NCBI GenBank assembly: GCA_963749495.1
Contig: CAVVMW010000021.1
Coordinates: forward strand, 288,001 to 352,000
Length of the DNA: 64,000 nucleotides
Direction of reading: 5' to 3'
Origin: an uncultured bacterium
GTDB taxonomy: Bacteria > Verrucomicrobiota > Verrucomicrobiia > Limisphaerales > UBA8199
The position numbers were made by a program, and so were the translations under genes. Below, in pieces: positions 42,006 through 51,388 of the stretch. How positions within the stretch are numbered: position 1 is the stretch's first letter; every line of letters begins with the position of its first letter. The notes beneath the pieces were generated by a model. It had not been told where the DNA came from. It worked only from the letters and a program-made list of their open reading frames with translations, and did no database searches.

Positions 42006-42136
42006 GCCGGGGGCCAGACCAGTCCGACTGGTCCGACGCGCCAGGCGTCAAGGAAACCCCGCGCCCCAATCGCCATCCAGGATGTCCGCCGGACAGGCTT
42101 GCTTCGAAGCCATGTTTAACGTATGGTGTTAGCACT

Positions 42137-42376
42137 ATGACGCAGAAGAATATCAGCGGCAGGCAGCTCCGGCACGGCAGCCCGGAGGAATCACTGTCGC
42201 CAGGTGAAAGTCTGACCATCAAGAAGCGTGGCGGAAAGGTGTTCCAACTGACCCGCACAGATGCCGGCGGCAGGGACATCAATGCCCAGATGGATCAACT
42301 CTTTAAGGACATCCCGCCGGAGGGTCCGCGCGTGAAAACGGACCTCGTCCGCCTGCTGATGGAGGAACGGGAATGA
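42137..42376 (+). CDS. Putative antitoxin (Phd/YefM-like)
   Basis: 79 aa; GE..TI.KRG pattern; ATGA overlap with the PIN gene. Confidence 0.7.
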   Translation: MTQKNISGRQLRHGSPEESLSPGESLTIKKRGGKVFQLTRTDAGGRDINAQMDQLFKDIPPEGPRVKTDLVRLLMEERE

Positions 42377-42813
42377 GGGTTTACTGCGACACCAGTTTTT
42401 TATTTAGTTATCTGAACGAAGACGATGTCAACCACGCTGCCGCGCGAGCGCGGGCAGGCCGGTTATCCGGCGATGACTTTGTCATCTGCGAAGTTCACCT
42501 ATTGGAACTGCCCGCCGCCGTGCGGGCGGCAACGCACCGGGATGCGGGTGCGGTTCCGGTCCCGATTGCGCGCCGGATAATCAACCGGTTCGACCGCGCG
42601 GTGACTGGGAAAATCTTTCTCAAAAAACAGTTGGACATGGCGGAGTCTGTCGCCATGGCCCGTTCTCTTGGTGAGAGCCACGGCTGGAGCGAGCGCCACA
42701 CCACTTTTGACCTGTGGCACCTGGCCGCTGCGTGGTCGCTGTCTGCCGGGGCCTTCCTTACCTTCGACCAGCGCCAGGAAAAGATCGCCCGCAGCCTGGG
42801 CATGAAGACCTGA
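42373..42813 (+). CDS. PIN-domain (VapC-like) toxin
   Basis: YCDTS, DLWHLAAA and FLTFDQRQ motifs. Confidence 0.9.
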   Translation: MRVYCDTSFLFSYLNEDDVNHAAARARAGRLSGDDFVICEVHLLELPAAVRAATHRDAGAVPVPIARRIINRFDRAVTGKIFLKKQLDMAESVAMARSLGESHGWSERHTTFDLWHLAAAWSLSAGAFLTFDQRQEKIARSLGMKT

Positions 42814-42850
42814 GCTTTAACATCATACGAGCTCCGATATACTGCTCCCG

Positions 42851-43402
42851 ATGGAACTGAAAGAACAAGCGCCCGCGGCTACTTTGGCCCGCAGGCTGGG
42901 AGACACCGCCCACGTGTCGGGCTTGGTCATCCGGTTGGCGCGGTTGAGCGGGGCCGGGGATCGCCTGCCGGAATGGCTCCTGAGAACCGCGGTGGAACGG
43001 GGTGCCAAACACTACCAACGCGACTTCGATCCCTCGCTCCCGCCGGACAACCCGGCGATCTCTGACGAAGGAATTGGCATCGCTCTCTGCCTGGGGCAGA
43101 TGCCCGACGATCCTTGGTTCATCCGCGCGGCGGCCCAGCTGCTCTCCTCGCCGCGGGTGGATCCGCAGCGCCTCGCCCGCCTGGCGAAGATGGAACGTGT
43201 CGAACCGGTCCTGCTCCACATCGCCGCCGCCTGTGAGCGCGTGGGCGAAAAGTCGGAACCGTGGGCGAGCTTGCGGCGACAACTCCATCCGCGGCGCACC
43301 GTCCGCACCGAAGCCCTCCCCCACTGGACGCGGTTTGCCATTCTGCCGGGCCTCACGCGCAACGGCTACGCGCCACCGCAGTGGCTCAAGCGCCGTGAAT
43401 AA
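42851..43402 (+). CDS. Hypothetical protein A1 (partner of the nucleotidyltransferase)
   Basis: Paralogue of 43463-44017 along its whole length. Confidence 0.8.
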   Translation: MELKEQAPAATLARRLGDTAHVSGLVIRLARLSGAGDRLPEWLLRTAVERGAKHYQRDFDPSLPPDNPAISDEGIGIALCLGQMPDDPWFIRAAAQLLSSPRVDPQRLARLAKMERVEPVLLHIAAACERVGEKSEPWASLRRQLHPRRTVRTEALPHWTRFAILPGLTRNGYAPPQWLKRRE

Positions 43403-43451
43403 TCCCCTCGCCATCCTGCAAACGCTGGACCGCCACCTCGATCACCCGATA
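43395..43451 (+). pseudogene. Truncated 5' end of a nucleotidyltransferase gene (B1)
   Basis: GTG NNPLAILQTLDRHL matches the N-terminus of 44010-44585 and then breaks off. Confidence 0.8.
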
Positions 43452-43462
43452 CTTTACAGCCA

Positions 43463-44017
43463 ATGGAACTGAAGGAACAAGCGCAGGCAACCACCCTGGC
43501 CCGCAACCTGGGAGACTTGGCCCACGTTTCGGGCCTGGCCATCCGCTTGGCGAGCTTGACCGGGACAGGAGATCGTCTTCCAGAGTGGCTTCTCAAGGTC
43601 GCGGTGGAACGGGGCGCAACGCATTACCAGCGTAACTTCGATCCGGCGCTCCCACCGGACATCCCGACAATCTCCGACGAAGAAATTGGCGTTGCCCTGT
43701 GCCTGGGCCAGCACCCTTACCACTTGGACAACCTTCGCGCCGCCGCCCAGTTGCTCACTTCGCCGCGCGTGGATGCCGCACGCCTTTGCCGCCTCGCCGT
43801 GCGCGAGCGTTGCGAACCGGTGCTGCTCCACATCGCCGCGGTCGCCGAACGCTTCGCCGCCGCGCTGGAGCCCTGGGCCTACCTGCGCGAGCACCTGCCG
43901 CCCCGCTGGGTCCCCCGGACCGGTGCCCTGCCGCACTGGACTCGCCTTGTGAGCCACACGGGGGTGACCGCGCAAGGAGGTCCGCCGAAAACCGTCTGGC
44001 TCTGCCGCCATGAATAA
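43463..44017 (+). CDS. Hypothetical protein A2
   Basis: MELKEQA..; overlaps the downstream gene start. Confidence 0.8.
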   Translation: MELKEQAQATTLARNLGDLAHVSGLAIRLASLTGTGDRLPEWLLKVAVERGATHYQRNFDPALPPDIPTISDEEIGVALCLGQHPYHLDNLRAAAQLLTSPRVDAARLCRLAVRERCEPVLLHIAAVAERFAAALEPWAYLREHLPPRWVPRTGALPHWTRLVSHTGVTAQGGPPKTVWLCRHE

Positions 44018-44585
44018 CCCGCTGCGTATCCTCCAGACCCTGGACCGGCATCTGACCGCGCCAGTGGAAATCACCCTGTTCGGTCGCGCCGCGCTGGCTC
44101 TCGGCTTCGCCGCGGGCCCCGCCGCTTTTGCCGCCACGCACGATGTGGACGCCATCCTGCCGCTTGCGTGGCTGGCGGTCGAAGACGAGAACCTGGACTT
44201 CTGGGAGGCTCAGCAACGCACCAACGCCGAGCTCGAACCGGAAGGTCTCTATCTCACGCACCTGTTTCGTGAACTGGAGGTCATTCTCACACCGGACTGG
44301 CTGGGCCGCCGCGTTCGAATCCCGCTGGGGCTCGAGCGTCTGACGGTGTTCCGTCCGGCCACACTCGATCTCATCCTCACCAAAATGGCGCGTGGCGATG
44401 CCAACGACCTGGCCGACATCGCATTTCTGTTGACCCGCGAATCGCTGACCGCCGATCAACTGCGCGCGGCGTTTGCGCGCGCCCGTGTGCCCGACGTGCC
44501 TGAAATCCAGGCTCTTTTCCGCGCTGCCCAACCCAAAGTCCTGGCACTGGTGCAGCCTCGAGGAAATAGGACTGCCTCCTCATGA
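44010..44585 (+). CDS. Pol-beta-superfamily nucleotidyltransferase (DUF6036/AbiEii-like)
   Basis: LFGRAAL, THDVD and LTKMAR...D..D motifs. Confidence 0.78.
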   Translation: MNNPLRILQTLDRHLTAPVEITLFGRAALALGFAAGPAAFAATHDVDAILPLAWLAVEDENLDFWEAQQRTNAELEPEGLYLTHLFRELEVILTPDWLGRRVRIPLGLERLTVFRPATLDLILTKMARGDANDLADIAFLLTRESLTADQLRAAFARARVPDVPEIQALFRAAQPKVLALVQPRGNRTASS

Positions 44586-44596
44586 AGCCACTCCCC

Positions 44597-44690
44597 AGGA
44601 CGCCGAAGGCGTCGCTCATACCAGCCCGGGGCCAGCGCTCGGGGGTTCACGGCCCTACGCGCTCGGCTGAGCGCTGAAGGCGCGATTCAT
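44597..44690. repeat. Degenerate REP-like half element (gacgccgaaggcgtc / ccagcccgggg / gcgctgaaggcgc hairpins)
   Basis: Short GC hairpins; single copy in the window. Confidence 0.45.
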
Positions 44691-44753
44691 CGTGCCCCTG
44701 AGCAACGCGCCAAATTCCTTGTAAATCACCGGTTGCCCTCGTAGAATCGGCGC

Positions 44754-45395
44754 GTGTGCACGGGTTTCGAATACGATGTTTTCCTAAGCCACAGCTCAAA
44801 GGACAAGACGGTGGTGCGCCCGCTGGCGGAGCGGTTGCGCACTTGTCGCGCCGAAGCCGCCGGGCGAAGGCGGAAGGACGGGCTGAAGGTGTGGCCCGTC
44901 CGGCTGAAGCGCCTGCGAGAAGGCGGATTCGATGGATGGGTGCTCAGGCCCGAGCCTCCCCTCGCCCATCGGCTGGGAGAGGGCTCAGCGGTGAGGGCGG
45001 CGAAGGTCAATCCGCCTTCGCTCACAAGCTACGGCGGGACAGGGGACCGGCTGGAGCACTCGCTCGTGCTGGCTGGTCCGGCCGTAGCTTCAGTGCGAAG
45101 GCGGACCTGTCCCGCCGTAACCTCTTGGCGGAGGCGGATGCTCTGCATGTCGGCCAGTGCTTTCGGCTCTGACTGGGCGCAGTTGGCTCGTCGCTCCGAA
45201 GCTTCAGTGCGAAGGCGGAAGGCCGGCACGTGTGGGAGGGGCAACTTGCCCTTTCGCGACCCGCTGAACCTGGAGCGGCGTTTCATTCCCCTGCGCCTCG
45301 ACGACGCCCCCATCAAAGGCTCCGTGGAACAAACCCCGTCCAGTAGTAATAGCCGCTATAGCTGCATCGACAGGCATGGACATCCCCCGATTTGA
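44754..45395 (+). CDS. TIR-domain gene or remnant carrying about eight short in-frame insertions
   Basis: YDVFLSHSSKDK..VRPLAERL, LCMS..AFGSDWAQL and FRDPLN.ERRFIPLRLDDAPIKGS segments separated by inserts. Confidence 0.85.
   Translation: MCTGFEYDVFLSHSSKDKTVVRPLAERLRTCRAEAAGRRRKDGLKVWPVRLKRLREGGFDGWVLRPEPPLAHRLGEGSAVRAAKVNPPSLTSYGGTGDRLEHSLVLAGPAVASVRRRTCPAVTSWRRRMLCMSASAFGSDWAQLARRSEASVRRRKAGTCGRGNLPFRDPLNLERRFIPLRLDDAPIKGSVEQTPSSSNSRYSCIDRHGHPPI
44842..45219. repeat. Six 33-bp mini-elements: 44842-44874, 44895-44927, 45011-45043 (reverse), 45073-45105, 45106-45138, 45187-45219
   Basis: Shared CYNGTC start and RAGGCGGA end; each exactly 33 bp. Confidence 0.9.
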
Positions 45396-48300
45396 AACGC
45401 AACACCTGAATCCAAGAATCGCTGGCGCCGACATCGGTGATGCTTTTCAAGGATTCGTTCATGAATTACTTCTGCCTGAGCATCCCCAACTGCATCGTTT
45501 TCCTGGTGGCGGAAAAGATGGAGGAATCGATCTCATTGAGACGGCAGGCGCGTGCTTCGTCGCACAATGCAAGGTTGTCGGGGACGACGACTACGCACAA
45601 ATCGAACAGCGCTGGAAAACGGTGAGGGGGCACTTGGAGGAACATCTGCGCGACCCCAATGGGCCGACCAAAGGTCAGTCGTAATACGGTCCTTGGTATT
45701 CTACGGACGCGCCAATCGCTGAGTAGGCTCTCTGTGTCAGCGCAGTCTTCGCAAACGAGCAACTACGCCGTGACCTGGCGACAGGGATCGCCGGTTACTT
45801 CCGCGATGTCGCCAAGCGGCGCCGACACCTCTCCCATCTTGCAGCTCTGAGGGTCACAGTTGTTGACTGGAACGACCTTTGCGACCGCCTGCGCAAGCGA
45901 CCCAACACTCTGTTTCGGTGGTTTCCCAGATCACGGCCAAACGGCTTCGTCCCGCTTGATGAAGCGATTGATGTCGGCACATTCCGCGCTTACCTCAACA
46001 GTGGCACGTTGCCTTACTACAGCGTGGCTGAACATCTGTACGCCGCGCCCTCGCCGGGCAACGTCGCGATTCTGGATGAGGATAGTCTTCTCGTTCAGAT
46101 CGACAACCGGACGGTTACGGGACTGGTAATCAGCGGGAAGGGCGGGATCGGGAAAAGCCGGTTGACGTTGGAGCTTGGTTGGAAGGCGCTAAGAAAGGGT
46201 TGGGCCGTCATGCGAGTGGAAAGCCGCCTCAAGAGCGATGCGCTGGAGAGGCTCGCTGAACAGCTCTCGCCGCACATCCCAGCGCTGTTGCTCGTTGATT
46301 ACATCGAGACGCAGAGTGATTTCCTCGAACTGGTGGAGAATATATATCTTCTGAATGACACAGGCGTGGCACGCATTGGCTACGTTGCGGCGTGCCGCAC
46401 CGGTTACTACCACGAAGCTGTCGGTGGGACTGCCAGGCACTTGCCTCTTGATCTTTCGCCTCCACCGGGAGATGCCGCGGCTTTCTGGTTTAAGGAATAT
46501 CGCTGTGAATCTGTCAAGAGGATCTTGGCCAGAGCTGGACTCACCGTTACAGCGCAACATCTGGCAGTTTGTCACGATCTTCCGATTCTAGCCGTCTTCT
46601 TAACTTACCTGCACACGTTAGGGCGAACTGAGGAGCTTGCGGAATTGCTCAGGGAGGCAGAGTTTGGGCGGTGGATTGCCAGACGGGTGCAACTCAGTTT
46701 TTCGGCAAGGGATGTTTCGCGTGCCTTGGCATTGCTCGTTCCGCTGTTTCCGATGACGGATGCTGCCGCCGACAGACTTGAGTCTGTACAACTGCGTCCG
46801 GTTTTCGAACGTTTGGCAACTGACGGCTGGATCGAACGGGTGACGCCGTCCGAGCCGGCTTCATCCTGCGAGTGGGTTACGGCCCACGACGTTCTGGCCG
46901 ATCAGATCCTGATTGCCTATTTGCGCAGCATCCCCAATACGGCTGAGGCTTTTGTGGCACAACTCCTTTCACTCGCTACGAAGCTTGATTGTCTCGCTTC
47001 TGCCCTAATCGCGTTACAGCGAATCGCCGACGCGCCGCCCCTTAACGCTGTGCCGTGGGGTATGGTCATTACGAAGGCGATTGAAATGAACGAGAACGCC
47101 TGGCGTAAGGTCCGCAGCCTCCTGATTCGAACGACACCGCTGTCCGTTCCCGAAGGAATTGCGCTGCTCAATAAGCACAAGGGTCTTTGGACCGATGCGG
47201 AGCGAGAGATTGACTTCCACAATGCCCTTGGATGGTTCTGCCGCTGGTTGGCAATCACGCGCAGCGGGATTGATTCGGCGACACTTAAGCAGGAGTTAAC
47301 CCCATGGGTGATCAAAGCCGCACTGTTTGCCGAGAGAAGCAATTTTGTGCTCTCATGGGGCTTGCGGCTCGTTCCTGAAGCTTTGGCACATGTCGCACTA
47401 AAATGGATTGCCAATCGCCCAACTCTCTTCCAAACGCACTACTTAGTGGTCGCATGGCTGCAATGTCACCTGCCGGTCAAGGAAATCGGTGCCGCGGTTC
47501 AGTCCTGGTGTCAGAAGTTTTCGTCGGACCCTCACCTGAGCTTCGTAGCTGAGGCTTGGCTGGACGCTGGCGGAGACAAGACGGTCGTGGAACAACCGAT
47601 CCGAGACTGGCTGGGCGTCAACGCGAACAGGACGGGCGGGGCGGCAAGCCATGTTTACAGAGCTTGGCTGGAGGCTGGCGGGGACAACACGCTGGTGGAA
47701 CAACCGATCCGAGACTGGCTGGGCGTCGAGGCGAACAGGACGGGTGAGGCGGCAAGCCATGTTTACAAAGCTTGGCTGGACGCTGGCGGGGAACGGAATG
47801 TTGTGTGGGACTCCCTGCTGCTCTGGCTGACAAAGTACCGCACGAACGAATCTGCAGTATATGTGACGCACTTCGTGGCTAGGCACCGGGACCTCCCAGA
47901 GGCGTCAGTGAAGGACGTCTTGGCGTGGTGTCGCGCGTTCCCGGCGCACGAGGACGTTTTGTGGCGAGTGACCCAGCTCGGATCAAACCTCTTGAACGTC
48001 GATGTTTTGGAGGATGCGTGTGCGACAGCAGAAACGCTGTTGTCCCACACTGTTGACTCTTTAGAGGAAGTCAGCGAGCTAGCACGCGGGCAAGTCACGA
48101 CATTGCTCTGTTACCTGGTTGATGCTGCTAAAGAGCATTCGAGCAAAATGCGCGACCGATTGGACCGGCTCATTGTACTTTGGATGAGATACCCGGCCTC
48201 GTTTGGACGCAAACCGAAGCCTCACGCCAATATTCAGCGAATCGGATTTGCTCGCAGAGTGCTGCTCCTGCTTGATTCAGGTGAACTCAATATTGCCCGG

Positions 48301-48453
48301 GACAAAGCTTCTGTCCAACGGTTTCTCGAATGGATCGATGAGTGGGAAGTAGTCTGGAAGCGAAGGTTGCATTCGTCGATTGAGGTTTATAGCACACGGT
48401 ATCCAGCACCGGAAGCGTGGAGCATCGTTCGTTTGGAGGAACCGGAGGAATGA
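45376..48453 (+). pseudogene. PD-(D/E)XK nuclease-STAND/P-loop NTPase-helical repeat protein with two in-frame stops (TAA 45682, TAG 45724)
   Basis: KDGGID..QCK nuclease motif; Walker A GKGGIGKS and Walker B LLLVDY; ORFs 45376 and 46009 are in the same frame; visibly lower GC. Confidence 0.75.
47554..47790 (+). repeat. 108-bp (36-aa) internal tandem repeat, about 2.2 copies
   Basis: AWL(D/E)AGG units start at 47554, 47662 and 47770. Confidence 0.92.
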
Positions 48454-48462
48454 GTTAATTGC

Positions 48463-48840
48463 TCTGAAGCACGAAACCCGAGTACTGAGGTGGTTCCACG
48501 AAGTGCGTGCGGTGGTAAACCTGTTGACCGGGCCGGGTACGATCCAACGTCTGGACTGTGGCGGCTTCATCCTGCTGCGACCGGAGGTGCTGAGCCAGTA
48601 CGCCGCCGCCGTGCTGCGGAAGGTCCGCAAACATCCGCAGGAGCTGGGCTGCATCCGCGAGGATGAGTTGCTGGCCGGGGCTTTGGGCTACCAGGATTTC
48701 AAACGCCCGCCGCACGATGACGAGGCGGTTGTGTTGCGCACCCTGCTGGAGACTTTCATCAGCCGGGCTTGGTGTTTACGCCAGCCTTGCGATGCCTCGG
48801 AGATGCTGACTTTTCCGAGCTAATTTAGCCGCGAGCGCGA
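48463..48840 (+). pseudogene. Internal fragment of a large multidomain protein (COR-like segment)
   Basis: RAVVNLLTGPG..GGFILLRPE..LTFPS*FSRER; no start codon; family recognised from memory only. Confidence 0.55.
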
Positions 48841-48858
48841 GCGTCAACCAAAGTGACA

Positions 48859-48933
48859 AACCGCTAATCGTCGCTGATGGACGCTAATGTGGAGACTTGG
48901 CCCATTAGCACATATGAGCGCCGATTAGCGGTT
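48859..48933. repeat. Orphan inverted doublet of the 30-bp AACCGCTAAT-type repeat
   Basis: aaccgctaatcgtcgctgatggacgctaat, 15-nt spacer, attagcacatatgagcgccgattagcggtt. Confidence 0.85.
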
Positions 48934-48957
48934 CATGATCGGCTGGCATTTATCGGC

Positions 48958-49428
48958 CGGGCGGTGATTGACAACGAGAGCCGCGAACTGCTGGCGGTGC
49001 ATCACACCGGATTCATCGTGGCCGAAGCCGGGCAAATCTATCTCGGCTACACCTACAGCGATCACGGGATTGATGGCGAGATCGAGTTCAAGGACGACCA
49101 GGGGCGCGCCTCCGGGAAGCGTCTCTACGTGCAGCTTAAGTCTGGCGACTCCTATCTCAAGAAACGCCGGGGCGATGGGGCGGAGGTGTTTCAGATCAAG
49201 AACCCACGCTGGGCCGATTACTGGCAGCAGCAGGCTTACGCCGTCATGCTGGTCATCCGCACGTCCGATGGCGAAATTCGCTGGATGGACGTGAGCGCGT
49301 GGCTGAAACGCGAAAGCGTCGGCGGGAAAACCGTGAGGCAAATCGTCTTCGAGGGCGAACGGTTTGATGTGATGAGCGTGCGGCGGTGGCGAGAGCGAGT
49401 GCTGTGCGCAACGGGCAAGGACTGCTAA
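48958..49428 (+). pseudogene. DUF4365 (PD-(D/E)XK) C-terminal domain fragment
   Basis: SDHGIDGEIEF..YVQLKSGDSY motif; the ORF start at 48877 lies inside the repeat doublet. Confidence 0.75.
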
Positions 49429-49470
49429 TGTTTAGCGTTGATTTGTTCAGGGGGGCAGTCCAATGATTTG

Positions 49471-49982
49471 AACCGCTGATAATCACTAATTTACGCTAAT
49501 CGGACCAAGTAATCATATGAAGGCGGAAGTATATAAGGAAGAGGGCTACCAGTTCATGGGCGCGGCATTCGAGGTCTATAACGACCGGGGTTACGGACTG
49601 GCGGAGGAGATTTACCAGGAATGCCTCGAAATCGAGCTGGAGTTGCGCGCGATTGCGTTTCGGTCCAAAGCCGAAATCCGGTGCTTTTACAAGGGGCGCG
49701 AACTCAAGAAGCGCTACATCCCGGACCTGTTCGTGTTCGGTTGCCTGGTGGTGGAATTGAAGGCGGTGGCGGAGCTTGCGCCGGAGCATGAGGCGCAACT
49801 CATGAACTACCTGCGTATCGCCCGACAACCGGTCGGCTACTTGGTGAACTTCGGCCACAAAGGGACGCTCGAGTGGAAACGGTTCATCCTCTCGGAATTC
49901 ATCGCGCAAAGCGTTCACCCTGGCGCACCCCATGCTGCCGTTCCCAAGGTAGATTAGCGTAGATTAGCGCAGATTAGCGGTT
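49471..49982. mobile_element. Candidate GxxExxY element bounded by 30-bp imperfect inverted repeats (49471-49500, 49953-49982)
   Basis: Left arm aaccgctgataatcactaatttacgctaat; right arm reverse complement aaccgctaatctgcgctaatctacgctaat. Confidence 0.6.
49517..49957 (+). CDS. GxxExxY protein (PD-(D/E)XK nuclease family)
   Basis: GLAEEIY, PDL, VELKA, AQLMNYL and GYLVNFG motifs. Confidence 0.93.
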   Translation: MKAEVYKEEGYQFMGAAFEVYNDRGYGLAEEIYQECLEIELELRAIAFRSKAEIRCFYKGRELKKRYIPDLFVFGCLVVELKAVAELAPEHEAQLMNYLRIARQPVGYLVNFGHKGTLEWKRFILSEFIAQSVHPGAPHAAVPKVD

Positions 49983-51059
49983 CCAGATTAGCCATTCCCG
50001 AGCCCAAGCTCAAACTCGAGCTCCCCGGCCTGCGGAAGGCGGCGGTGGACAACTCGGGGCTGGTTTCCGGCAGGCCAGCCTTCCGGCGCGCGACGTGGAA
50101 CATTTGAGAAATCTGGTCGGCGAAGCTCCCCTCTCCGCGCATCCGGGAACCGAAGCGCGGATCGTTGAGCTTGCCGCCGCGCAGGGCACGGATGCGGCCC
50201 AGGATTTTTTCCTTTTTCGCGGGGACAGTACGTTCGAGCCATTGCTCGAAGATCGGCGCGACGGCCAGGGGCAGGCGCAGGACCTCGGTGCCGGCCCACA
50301 CCGCCCCGGCGGCTTTGGCTGCGGCCAGGACCGAGGGGATCTCGTGATCGGTCAGGGCCGGGATGACGGGGGCGACCAGGACGCCCACGGGCACGCCGGC
50401 GTTGGCCAGGAGTTCAACAGCGTCCAGGCGCTGCCTGGGCGAGGAGGCCCGGGCTCGAGCTGGCGCGCCAGATCGGGGTCGAGCGAGTTTATCGAGAAGT
50501 TGACGTGCACCGCCTGGCAGGCCGCCAGTTCGCGCAGCAGGTCCAGGTTGCGCGTGACCAGGAAGTTCTTGGTGACGATGCTGACCGGGTTGCGGAATTC
50601 GGCCAGTACGGCCAGGCATCGGCGGGTGAGTTGGAACCGGCGTTCGATGGGCTGGTAGCAATCGGTCACGCCGCTCATCGCCAACTCCTGGGGTTTCCAT
50701 TTGGGAGAAGAGAGTTCGCGTCTCAGGAGTTCCGGCGCGTTCTCCTTGACCATGATGCGGCTCTCGAAATCGAGCCCCGCGGAAAAGCCCAGGTATTCAT
50801 GATAGGGCCGCGCGTAGCAATAGCTGCACCCGTGCTCGCAGCCGCGATAGGGATTGAGGCTGGCGCGGAACGGGATGTCGGGGCTGTCGTTGTAAGTGAT
50901 GATACTCTGGGTGAGGTCGCGGAGGAATTGGGTCCTCGGGGCCGGGTCCTGCTCCGGGTCCCAGTCCGCATCGCGTTCGAGCCAGATGCGCTCGAAGCGG
51001 TTCGGAGGGTTGCTCGATGCGCCTCGCCCGCGCGGAGATGTTGCCGGCCTGTCGCTCAC
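49954..51059 (-). CDS. PA0069 family radical SAM protein, with a frameshift near 50452
   Basis: NPYRGCEHGCSYCYARP, SGVTDCYQP and RFGSRMRG motifs. Confidence 0.9.
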
Positions 51060-51126
51060 ACCTTCATTTTCCACCATCCTGGCGCTCGCGTCGAGGCACG
51101 TCCGTGCAGCTCCGCATTCTCGGGCG

Positions 51127-51327
51127 GGGCCGTTGACAAAGTTGTAGCGCAGGTTTCCAAACCTGCTGTATCGCCGATTTCCAATCGGCAGGGCGTCGGC
51201 ATGTCGAGCGCCCCCGGTTTGCGGACGGCCTGCGGGTTTGGAAACCCGCGATACAGCAGGTTTGGAAACCTGCGCTACGCTGGCGCCCCTGGCGCACAGG
51301 CGCGCCGAGCGACTTTGACAATGGCCC
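51127..51327. mobile_element. Family F MITE-like element (GGGCCGTTGACAAAG ends; internal GTAGCGCAGGTTTCCAAACCTGC doublet)
   Basis: Imperfect ~18-bp terminal inverted repeats; near-identical copy at 58476-58680. Confidence 0.8.
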
Positions 51328-51388
51328 TGCATTCTCAGGCCGTATGGCTGCACGGGCCTGGGACGACCACCAAAGGCGGGTCGCCTGC

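Noticed and set aside
40418..42376. 652-aa protease-antitoxin fusion ORF
   Set aside because: An artefact of the frameshift near 40990; the antitoxin has its own ATG at 42137.
44842..45219. 33-bp units as a CRISPR array
   Set aside because: The units are divergent, irregularly spaced and in both orientations. The intervening DNA is TIR coding sequence, and there are no cas genes in the window.
45682..45726. Stop-codon reassignment or readthrough
   Set aside because: TAA and TAG both terminate normal genes in this window, and two different stops fit point mutation better.
47554..47790. Diversity-generating retroelement template/variable repeat pair
   Set aside because: The repeats are adjacent in-frame tandem units, and no reverse transcriptase is present in the window.
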